64,000 bases of DNA from Oopsacas minuta (Eukaryota > Animalia > Porifera): NCBI GenBank assembly GCA_024704765.1, contig JAKMXF010000312.1, forward strand, positions 346,181 to 410,180. The letters are read 5' to 3'. The notes below the pieces were generated by a model that saw only the letters and a program-made list of their open reading frames with translations, was not told the origin of the DNA and did no database searches. A program made the translations under genes and the position numbers. Shown here in pieces: positions 53,514-64,000 of the stretch. Position 1 is the stretch's first letter. Every line of letters begins with the position of its first letter.

Positions 53514-53727
53514 TACTGACTATTATTGATCCAAATTCCAAGTAAAATGTATTTATAGAAAATATAAATCTAGCGAGTAATTCGAGAATGCAGAACAATA
53601 AATTTTTGTGGCCAATGGGCAGTGCTATATGACTCTAACATAGAATGCTCTAGCAAATAATTGCATGTACTTTACACCTGGAAATTGTATAAGCGTTACA
53701 CGTACACACAAGTATTTAATAAAAATT

Positions 53728-55325
53728 TTATAGCAAAACATTTTCTATTGAAATGAGTGCACACAAATTAACTTTCCTGAAGCAGCAATATATCGGCATA
53801 TTTCTACCTGTAGATACTGTAAGGTATGGAGAGTTTATCTGTGAATTAGATAGATCGAATAATCGCAGTGTTTTGTCGTGTGATATTGCAGAGATAGAGT
53901 TAGAATCTGAGGAGAAGTCTACTTTTGATATTATGCGTTCAGAAGCGCGGAATTCTCTTATGACTTTACTCTCTGCGATATTCCATACTCTAACTACTCC
54001 CTCCTGACAGCCTGTAGCTACAAGTTTACCATCAGGAGAGAATGACAGACAAGTGACAGCTGATCTCCCACCTGTTAACAGACGTACACACGCACCATCC
54101 TGACTGTTCCATAGTCTACAGCTACCATCTTGCCCTCCTGTAGCTAAATACACACAATTTGGATGTAGATCTACACAATTAACGCCAGAACAATGACCAG
54201 AGAATATCCTTAACGGATACAGTAGCTCTGTACTCCATAGTCTAGCTGTACCGTCTTGTGACGAGCTAGCAAAGTATCCGCTATCTATTTGCTTAGGTAG
54301 ACATACTGACCATACAGGTGACTGATGGCCTACATACTCTGCTATACAATCTCCTGAATCTTTAAGATTCCATAGTCTACACGTACCATCTCCTGAACCG
54401 GATATAACCCAATCAGCTGATAGGGATATTGATACTGAGTAAACCGGGGAGGAGTGTCCTCTCAGATGTCTGGTGGTATCTGGGGGAGGAGGTGGATGAG
54501 AGGGGGAGAGATCGGGTGGATAGAGTTGAGAGGTAGGAAGAGAGAAGGGTGACACTAGTAGAGATCCGTCTGCATGACCAGATAATATTAATGATTTGGT
54601 GAAACTTATTTCAGCTGAGTGAGGCAGGGACGGAGTTGCTGATAGAGATATGTGTAGGACGGAGGGTGAGGGAGACAGAGAGGAGAGTTGTGTAACACAA
54701 CCACGGATAGATTCTAGAGATGAATTAGAAGATGATACACGTTTTGAGGGAGATATGTTGGAACGAGATTTTGACATCCTTTTCTGAGGTTTCCTTGCTT
54801 CTTCACATTCCTTACTTCCAACCTAACAACACAATATGAAACGAAATATTCTATATAATTATTTGTATTCCATACTTGTATGTGTATATTAGCTTGTAGA
54901 GGTAGATGAATACACGAATCTGGATGAGAAGTTAGAAATGTTTCGAGATGAGTAAAAGCGCAATTTGAGAGTTTGACAGAGTACTTGTGTTGTGTGTAAG
55001 CAGCTAGGTCAGCGGATATGTCAGGAAGTTGTGAGAGAAGTTCCAGCTGTTTGTGTGAAAAGTTATGAGAATGTTGAGCTGAAAATTCTCTGAGAAGAGA
55101 CGGGTTTGAGACAGAAAGAAAAACTGACAAATGTAAGAAGATTGGAAATAGCAGAGATGATAGCTCTTCTCGTTTGTTAGAATCTTTAACAAAACAAACA
55201 ATCAAATTAAATTCTGTAGCAAATGATTCAGGATTTGAGTTAAGAATACTGTAAGGACTGACTGTACTGTTTGAATTAGTAGCTAACTGATCTCTTAGTA
55301 TTAATTCCTGTAGTGTAGATTGCAT
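53728..55325 (-). CDS. TAF5L: TAF5/TAF5L-like (NTD2 + WD40 propeller)
   Basis: NTD2 ELSSLLFPIFLHL; WD40s RGHSSPVYSV..SGSGDGTCRLW and LYPLRIFSGH..HPNCVYLATG. One intron near 54790-54870. No LisH region, which favours TAF5L over TAF5. Confidence 0.75.
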
Positions 55326-55332
55326 ATTTCAC

Positions 55333-55346
55333 GTTGCTATGGAAAC
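55333..55346. promoter_or_regulatory. RFX X-box (GTTGCTATGGAAAC) 8 bp upstream of the TAF5L ATG
   Basis: Fits the X-box consensus; the reverse-strand flank agagcttatgtttccatagcaac resembles the 18826/18907 units. Confidence 0.45.
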
Positions 55347-55400
55347 ATAAGCTCTATTGGAATTATAATACAAATCGTACACAACAAATTATATACAGTC

Positions 55401-56106
55401 TCAATTGATATTATATGTACTAACTACACTATAATCTGACGTCATCAACTCTACAGTAGCACAGTATCCAGCATTTAGGTTGTCCATAGAATTGGTTTTA
55501 AGTCCCATCGCTACTTCTACAGAGTACCAGTGACAGACAGCTATAATAGTGTTATCAGGGTAATCAGCTGTTAGAGCTATAAATGCTTGCTTCATTCTTT
55601 CAGCTGCAGATTCTAATGTCTCTTTATAAGCAGGGTATACTGCTGTAGGAGAGCAGGTGTATCTGCTGGGGTCTATCATGTGAATAAGTGGGTCTATCTG
55701 TTTGTCAAGCCATCTCCATCTATATAATAATAATATAAAGTAATGTAGTAACTCATCATGCAATTAATACATACTTTACTTCTGAGAAGATATACCCGTG
55801 CTCACACAGAATATCTGATAACTGTGGTCTTATTTCTATGTTAGAGATCTGTAGCTGGTCAGCTATGTGACTAGCAGTCTGCATACATCTTATGAAGGGA
55901 GAGCATACTACCTTGATGAAGTCAGAAGAAGGGAGCAATGATTTAATGCGTACCCCTGCTTCTTTAGCTTGCTCGTGTCCTGCTATAGTGAGGGGAGGAT
56001 CGTAGGGGTAGTTAGGGTCCTTCCAATCCTGTGATTTGACAGCGTCTGCTCGTTCTCCATGTCTAAGCACTATTAGACGTCGGTCAGGTACAATGCTAGA
56101 TGCCAT
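55401..56106 (-). CDS. Histidine phosphatase superfamily (PGAM/Sts-like) protein
   Basis: RLIVLRHGER, DPPLT..GHEQA, CSPFIRCMQTA, second His in VCHWYS; two exons. Confidence 0.85.
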
Positions 56107-56293
56107 AAACTATTGTATTGACTAGTTAAACTGAATATTAATCTCAATTAATTACTTAATTATTCAATATTACAACCCAATTCCTATCGATAAAGGAAAT
56201 AACTATTTAGTTGATTACAATGCTTCATAATACGTATAGAGTCCAGTCAAAAGAACAATTGTGTAACAACTAAATTCAATTTCTTTTCAGTGC

Positions 56294-56755
<462 letters not shown>

Positions 56756-56973
56756 TCAAGCTAATAATTATGAGAGAGGAAAATGCCTATTTATACCAGT
56801 AAAAGTGAATAATGTAAGTAACTTATTTCTGTCATAAATCAATTCAAACTAAAACAATATTATTTTAAAAATTAAACCAATAGAATGCCGTAAAAATATA
56901 TATATACGCATACAAATAATGATAGAGTCTTGGAGGGACAGTAATTCATAAACACACTAATTCACAAAAATGG

Positions 56974-57510
56974 CTATAAAATGCTACAAATCTTCTTAGG
57001 ACGCCTGGAGCGCATAATTAGCTTAGCGAGTTCGTAGAATATTATGTCAACGTTCTGGTTAGTTTTGGCGGAACATTCGAAGAAGGGACAGACCCAATCT
57101 GCAGCCAGATGGGCGGCTTCCTTTTGTTGTACCTCCCTCTCTGACTGGGGCATATCACACTTGTTACCTACGAGGACTAATGGAGTTGTTTTAGAACGAC
57201 GGATCTTGAAAATCTTTTCTCTTAGAGGCTGCGCGTCGATATAAGTCTGAGTAGATCCTACGGAGTATACAAGTAAGAATCCTTGCCCGTTGAGAATGTA
57301 TAAATCTAGCAGTGTGGAGAACTGATCTGTCCCTGCTGTGTCTAGGATCTCTAATACACAAAGTGAGCTATCTAGCTCTACTTCTTTACGATAGAAGTCC
57401 TCGATTGTAGGGTCATATCTCTCTTTGAATGTTCCTGTAACGAACTTTATTGTTAGACAGCTCTTGCCTACTCCCCCACTTCCCATAACCACTATCTTAT
57501 ACTCACGCAT
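56974..57510 (-). CDS. Second, divergent Rap2-like GTPase (polybasic tail + CSIL)
   Basis: True start [17 protein letters not shown] at 57510; the ORF-track extension runs into an M2 [24 protein letters not shown], tail RSRRPKKICSIL. Confidence 0.88.
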   Translation of the reverse strand: MREYKIVVMGSGGVGKSCLTIKFVTGTFKERYDPTIEDFYRKEVELDSSLCVLEILDTAGTDQFSTLLDLYILNGQGFLLVYSVGSTQTYIDAQPLREKIFKIRRSKTTPLVLVGNKCDMPQSEREVQQKEAAHLAADWVCPFFECSAKTNQNVDIIFYELAKLIMRSRRPKKICSIL

Positions 57511-57540
57511 TGCTAATAATATATTGAATAGAAATTCGTA

Positions 57541-57670
57541 AACACAGTCCACTCCCGTTATATCGAAGCTCAAGGGACCTCGATAATTCCTTCGATATAA
57601 CTGATGACTTTGGCTGTTTGGGGCCATATTTGTACGAATACAGGCTTCGATATAACGGGAGATGACTGTA
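57541..57670. mobile_element. MITE family M2, full copy ~30 bp upstream of the Rap2-like ATG
   Basis: cagtccactcccgttatatcgaagc ... gcttcgatataacgggagatgactgta. Confidence 0.85.
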
Positions 57671-57791
57671 TTGTAATTATAAGATAATTAGAAAGCAAAT
57701 AAAAGGAAAATAATCCAATACTCACAAGTATTAACGTAATTCAAATATCATTACAATACAGATAGAGTCGTACCTGTTCGAAGTAACAAAT

Positions 57792-60778
57792 CTATACAGA
57801 CTTTTCTACAAGAAATGACTCTAATAGTTTATACAGATCCTCTCGGGTGCCTTCCTTCCTCAAATGATGATTCTCATTAAAATAAGTGTGCATTCTACTG
57901 GATTGTTTCTCTCGTTTGAGTGAAAGAGACAGCTCTGCAGAGTTCTGGTAGTGTACGTTATCATCAGCTGATCCGTGTATCAGTAACAACTTACTGCCGT
58001 CTATGTTACCGGCACGTAGGAGCAGTGATGAGTCATTATATCTATAAATAGACGTGTTTAATCTCAGTATAAATAATACTCCCAGTATAGCTGAAACGGA
58101 TATATAAAACCCGGTCCCTTAAGAGGGAGTTAATTGCAAATCTTCGTCAATAAATGGATAAAAACATAGATTATGATTAACGAACATTTTCGGTTTATAT
58201 GGAAAATATTCGTGAATATTTTTAGTATTACAAATACGAATTTAAGCCAATAAAACTTGAATTTGTGTGTATTCCTGTGCAGCCATGCTATGACTCACCC
58301 TTGTGGATTATTCTGTGGGGTATTCATGTATCTCTGTGTGTATACTGAATCATAGTATCGCCAGTCAGTTACTGGAGATATTACGATAGCAGCGGATAGC
58401 GAGTTATCCTTTTCAGATGACGTCATGCCGCTTAGATAACCACCATAAGATGACCCCATTATACTGACAGAACGGACCCAGGATTGAGATAAGAGATAGT
58501 TGGATAGACTAGCTTGATCTCTTGCTTCTAGAACGCCAAGTCTGTTCTTTACTGCAAATCTAATTCATAGAGATTAAGAAATTCGGAGTTGCAATTGTAT
58601 CGCTTATAAGAACATACTAAGCTACTCCCAAGTTTGTTCATAAAAGCTAAAATTACTTTTCATAATTTCGAAGTACCTGAAATCTTGTCCTCTGCAACAA
58701 GTACCACTCCCTTCTACTGTAATAACTACAAATCCCAAAGAGCTGACCAGATGAGCTATGAATCCAGAAAATGGGTAGAGAGGATGGGAGAGAGAAGCTA
58801 GATTAGAGTTAGGACCCCCGTACACATACAGGAGAACTGGATATGAATTGGAGAAATCGAAATCTTTGGGTATCATTTTTGTACCGTAAAAACTCTGAGA
58901 TTTATCTTTAAACTCATAAGGCTTTACTACAGGCAGAGAATATGTAGATAGAGTTCTTTCTAGAGCTGTGTTGTTATGTAATACAAGTAGTAGCTTCAGA
59001 GAATAGTCCAATAAGATAGAGAAAGGTGTGTCAGGTCCCAAACAGTTCAATAGGAAATAGCGAGCTATAAATCATACAATAATTATACTGTAATGTAATG
59101 TATTATGATTAATATACTTACAATCTTGACTGAAGGAAGTAGAAACAACTTCACAATCTCTATTCTCTAACTCTGTGTTAGTCAGCTGATTACTAACATC
59201 ACAACTTACACAAATCACTTGAGTTATGTCTGTCAGTGAAACTAAGTATAGATGTGTCTTATAACTGTACTCAGCTGTTGTATAGAATACTAACTCAGAG
59301 TTATAAACAGCTGTAATTGATCTAACTTCATTACCACTAGTGACAGATGTTACTACTCCATTACTATATGATTATATATATATAAGTACAGCAAACTAAA
59401 ATGTTAATATATTAACCTACCTAATCTTGACTATCTGTGTGTATGCATCCTGCGGTAACAGAGTGATTACGTCACCATTTGATAGGAAGTAAGGAGCTAG
59501 TATGCTAGCTTCTACCCACCCTTCTGTTTGGTATGTGTGTACTGTAGATACTAGAGTACATGTAGTGTCATAGAGGGATAACGTCATATCAGTTTGTAGT
59601 CTGTTAAGGAATCTGACAGATACGTGTGTAGTATCCTTCCAATCTACTCCTTGTATGTAATGGTATCCAGTGGGCATTGGTATCTAATACAAATAGTATT
59701 AACTAATATACTATGTATTATATATATACTTACAGAGCATGTAGTACTGTTAGTTGTATCTACTAGCATTAACTTAACAGTACTCTCTGTATCTCCAGAC
59801 TTAGGATAAGGTATTAGAGTATAGGAAGGATAAGGACCTATCTCTGCCCCATACTCTATTATAGTAGCTTCAGGCACTCCGGTAGTATTGAATACAAGGA
59901 ATGCTAGTACAGGATCTGTGACGTCAGAGGGATATACACATGATCCCGTAGAGAGTATTTCCTCTTCATACACCCAGTCAGGAAAACCTGCTATCTCTCC
60001 TAAATTATTTGAGTAGAGAATAATGATGTCAGGAATCTGGCTAGTTGTGACGTCACTGATGAAGTACATCTATAAACAAGAGCAAAAGTTTATAAGCACA
60101 ATGTAACCACCATAAACGAGGAAACATGGTAGCATTGTCGGACCCGTGTGTGTAGCATATACTGAATATGAAATTACTTACAGCTGACTGGTTAGCTAAC
60201 ACCAGCTGATCAGTATGTGTCCATTTGACTACTCTCCATTGACTCCCAGGTATAATATAGTTATTCATAGAGCTGAGTTGTAGAATAGAATAATCAGCTG
60301 TATATGAATATCTGTATAGCTTGTTAGAATTATGAGCTAGCAATAAGTATGATTGAGATGGTGATATGAACCAATAGTCTATCTCTAGCTCTTCCCAGAA
60401 AGTAGCATTCACTAGCACACTCGTGGTGTTATCTATAGGATGTATATAAATGTGTATAGAGGTTGGATGTCTAAGCAAATTACCTGTAACATTCAATAGC
60501 TCTAATCCGTTAGGAGAGATAGAAATCAGCTGATCGTCAGAGGCCCAGCTACCAGAGAACAGCTGTGCATGGAATGAAGTATTGAGGATATCTTGTAAGG
60601 ATATGGGAGTACCTAGGTCATTGGGTTTCAATAAGAAATGTACTAATACACCGATACCTACAGCAATCAAGCAGACTACTAGCACTATTAACAACACACA
60701 CACGAATATTATAAGGAGTTTGCAACTATTATTCTTGTCCTTCTTCTTCTGTTGCATAAAAGGTGAATGTTCTTCCAT
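57792..60778 (-). CDS. Dipeptidyl peptidase IV family (S9B) type II membrane protease
   Basis: N-terminal TM; propeller motifs KLYRYS, GFPDWVYEEEI, YPKSGD; YPVLLYVYGGP; catalytic GSSYGG (~58440-58457), HGSADDNVH, ENHHL; about 7-8 exons. Confidence 0.92.
58598..58640. mobile_element. M4 MITE remnant in DPP4 intron
   Basis: atcgcttataagaacatactaagctactcccaagtttgttcataaaagc. Confidence 0.5.
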
Positions 60779-60888
60779 TATAACAGCTAATATATTACAC
60801 AATATAATTCCTTACAGAACTAACAAGCAATAGAATTACTCTAATAATTAATTACAACAGAGAATTTACTACATATAAGTAATCGGGT

Positions 60889-61986
60889 TTATTTGTCGCT
60901 AATAGAGTTCAGTACTGAGTCATCTGCTGAGAATGAATGGTCTAACACTACTTGATTATCTTCTACATTTATCCTTGCTCCGGCTAGACTCTTTACTTTC
61001 TCTTTCAAAGCTTCAAACTTGTCTTTAAGAACAGGTCCCCATTGGTCTTCACAAGCTAGCGGGGGTGTAGTGTGAGGAGAGAGAGATAGGAGATTTGACA
61101 GCTCTGTGTCTGTTTCTAATAGAACTTGTCTTAAAGAATCTATTATTGTTACGAGATCTCTTTGTTTATCCTCGTATTGTCTGATTATGCTCTGATACCT
61201 ATACACATATAATATAACTCTGTAAATGCATATATTTATCAAAATATACATTTCTAGCTCTTCTTTTCCTTCTAACTTCCATTTAGCTCGCCCTGACTCA
61301 CTGCGAGATTTCTTGAGAGAATTGAGTATCTCCAAACTTCTTTTCTCATCTTTACTCTTGTCAGACAGTATCTGTTCGAGTCTTTCCTTCACTCTCTGAG
61401 TCTCTTTCTCTCTCTTCCTAGTTTCATGTACGTACTGGGTATGTAGATGAGCTGATTGAGATTTGTGTCTAGCTAGTTCATCACTTGTCTGTTTATATCG
61501 AGTAGTCAGTGTTCTGTAGAAATGAAGGAATAAACTCGATAAACACGGAAATGAATCAACTTACTGGTTAAGTTGAGAGCATTTCCTCTCCTGTTCTTGG
61601 TAACGGGATGATTGCTTCAGAGCACGCTCCTTATCACGCGACAACACTTCATTACGACTTTCTAAATAATTCAATTCTCCACGACATGCTGCAAGGTGAT
61701 CGTCACGTAACGAAATAACACATCTTTGATCTCTCACTTTAGCCAAGAGCCAGTTTATAATATCTACCTAATAACAAGGTGAATATCGTGGAGATATACA
61801 AACAATAATAGGAAGTAATACCTGAGATGATTCATCAATAGGATTGAGGGAATAAGGGCAACCCTCTGTCTCTAAGGAGCGCTGGAGAGATAGGAAAGGT
61901 GGAGGGGGAGGGGGAGAAGAAGGAGGAGGAGAAGGAGGAGGAGAAGGAGGAGGAGAAGGAGGAGCCTCAATAGGTTCAAGAGACAT
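60889..61986 (-). CDS. SSX2IP: Afadin- and alpha-actinin-binding protein / centriolar satellite protein (ADIP/Msd1)
   Basis: Spliced TQYVHETRKREKETQRVKERLEQILSDK..SLEILN..GRAKWK..EELEMYQSIIRQYEDKQ parallels vertebrate SSX2IP (TQYNHDMKRKEREYNKLKERL..MDILN..RGSW..EDEMYKILLNDYE, recalled from memory); Pro-rich N-terminus encoded by (GGAGGAGAA)n. Confidence 0.8.
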
Positions 61987-62224
61987 ATGAAAAACAGGCT
62001 AGCATATGACTAGTGTACGAATAATTATCTTAGTTGTGTAATAAGCGTATAACGTATAATACGTATTATAAATCATGGAACATGAGTACACTATTTGGAA
62101 AGCAGTGATGGGTATTGATTTGACAAAATAATGTTTTGAAATTGATAGAACATATTTACTGTATTGTTGTTATGCACTATTTGGATAAGAGGCAGGGAAA
62201 GTGCGTCCTACAGAAATTATGTAA

Positions 62225-62298
62225 GCCCTCATAATTGGGATTGAACTCGCATCTATAGCATTACAAGTACTAAGTGCTATGCATCCACAATATAAAGC
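62225..62298 (-). pseudogene. Decayed tRNA-Thr(TGT)-like sequence (tRNA pseudogene or SINE head)
   Basis: Reverse strand gctttata-ttgtggatgcatagcac-ttagta-cttgtaa-tgcta-tagatgcgagttcaatcc-caattatgagggc: B-box-like GAGTTCAATC, anticodon loop CT-TGT-AA, acceptor stem partly broken by C>T changes. Confidence 0.45.
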
Positions 62299-63154
62299 AC
62301 AATATCTTAAGCGAGTCATTCATTACAATTTCCAGAGCAACAATACAAATTATGAGACTATTAATGACGGCATAGGAGGTAGGCCTCAGAATACAAAGTA
62401 GGGATCAATCTAATGGCGATGAATTATGTCGGGTAAAATCGTTTTGAAATTTAATGCAATTTGATCAAATGTTTATGAAAAATCGCTGAAAAGAGCAAAT
62501 GTCGCAACATGGACAACAAATGCAATCGTATATCTATAAGAGAATGTTCTTATAATTATTATAAGGAAATGTGTTTAGAATTACAAGGAAATGTTCTTAT
62601 AATTATTATAAGGAATCTTTCATGATACAAGAAATTGTGATACAATTTATAGCATCAAATATATGAATAAATCGATGGTAGTGCCCCAGCGATGCTGCTT
62701 AGTAACTTGGCTGTGAGGAAAGACGCTTGAGAGACTACGCAACATTCCCATCCGTTTCGAGATTTGATCAAATGCAGCAATTGCCTCGATAAGCCTGAAA
62801 TAAATAGAGGAAAAATATGAGAAAGAGAATTGTGAAAAAGCGAAGCGAAAAGAGAAAAGAAGAGAAGATTCTATTATGTTAAATTCTGATCGTATATATA
62901 CTTGTTGATGAGTTACAGGTGTCACAACATGTTTAGTATAAACTATAATATTTGCATAGTTACCACCTGCATCAACTGAAATGTTTATAACGCTTGCAAC
63001 ACCTGCAACATCAGTAACAACTGCACCGACTACAACAACTGTACAAGTGAAAAGAGTATAAATACGAGCGATAATCTCATTTCGAATATTTCTTCTACTT
63101 CGATCTAAGATGTCTCATCCCTTCACTCTCTTTCCTCCTCCACGGTCGTGTTCT

Positions 63155-63375
63155 CTCCATCAATTACAGTGCTACAGGCATACTCTCAATTATACACTAA
63201 CCTCTGCTCAATTTGCTGATAGGATTATCTCAATTCATCATTCACCTCTGTTCAATTTTGTAACAGAATTCCCTCAATTCATCACTCACCTCTGTTCAAT
63301 TTTCTTACAGAATAGCGTCAATTCGTCACTCACCTCTGCCCAATATTGTAACAGAATTCTCTCAATTCGTCAATA
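63155..63375. repeat. Non-coding tandem repeat, 44 bp unit, about 4.5 copies
   Basis: (a/c)acctctg recurs at 63199, 63243, 63287, 63331. Confidence 0.85.
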
Positions 63376-63659
63376 ACCGCAAACCTTATCACTATAAATT
63401 CCTATATAACAGAACCTGGAAACATTAGAAATGCTAAAGAAGTGATTGGAAAAACAATTATAGTGTATGTTAATCGATTCGGAAATTGTTAAGAGCTTAG
63501 AATGATGATTTGAATATTTAAATATTATGTACTTATAATGCATAGGGTAATGGAATAGTTATACTACAAAACATCCATAAAATAGATTAAACAAGTAGTA
63601 CAGTCAATGCATAAGAACATCGTCCAGAACTGGAAATAATGGACGTAAAAGCAGAATGT

Positions 63660-63990
63660 CTTAGACAAGAACATGTTCCTATAACCAGCATGTCTTGTAT
63701 AGAAACATGTTCCTATAACCAGCATGTCTATAGCCGAACAAGTTGGATTGAAAGCTGGGTAATGGAGTGTCTTGCTAGTATTATATAAAAACTGGCTAAG
63801 AAGATGGTAGACGATGGACTTTGACATGATTATCTAAGTAGACTTTGTGGATAGCAGTGAAGGATGGATTTTTGGATTGAAAGCTGGGTAATGGAGTGAG
63901 TGATTTTTTGAGAAAACAAGGAAAGAATGGGGAGTGTCTTCACTGTATTAAATTGTTTCCAAGGAGAGTGTCTTCACTGTATTAAATACA
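63660..63990. repeat. Patch of short direct duplications
   Basis: aacatgttcctataaccagcatgtct x2 (~63668, ~63703); ttggattgaaagctgggtaatggagtg x2 (~63743, ~63872); gagtgtcttcactgtattaaat x2 (~63932, ~63966). Confidence 0.75.
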
Positions 63991-64000
63991 ATCAATTCAA

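Noticed and set aside
62647-63058. 92-aa minus ORF with an acceptor-like tract, and a short Thr-rich plus-strand frame (62960-63058)
   Set aside because: No recognisable homology and no partner exons could be identified in the window.

Overview
Eukaryotic, AT-rich (roughly 35% GC by eye), gene-dense animal DNA with short GT-AG introns. Gene content and compactness suggest a sponge, possibly a hexactinellid (glass sponge); this is inference, not verified. I reconstruct 19 protein-coding genes. Three are paralogous receptor-type tyrosine phosphatases: two head-to-head genes whose ectodomains are arrays of symmetric phase-1 Ig-like exons, and one truncated gene with only a D2-like domain. They are followed on + by PET100, FNTA, a NEK kinase, a PUB+NZF repeat protein and DMXL/Rabconnectin-3. 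Eleven consecutive genes lie on -: SSX2IP, DPP4-like, Rap2-like, UBE2D, a histidine phosphatase, TAF5L-like, Rap2, ABCA, an Ig receptor pseudokinase, SNRNP27 and a Dok-like adaptor. Introns and spacers hold about 30 copies or fragments of four non-autonomous inverted-repeat (MITE-like) families, some nested. Most unusual signals: (1) the palindrome TGACGTCA occurs 26 times by hand count (about 0.7 expected), 21 of them inside coding sequence, alongside CAGCTG/AGCT/CTAG excess; (2) the modular Ig-exon RPTP cluster with mosaic, decayed and decoy members; (3) operon-like co-oriented gene runs with acceptor-like YAGs just before ATGs. Exon boundaries and motif counts were worked out by hand and need computational confirmation.
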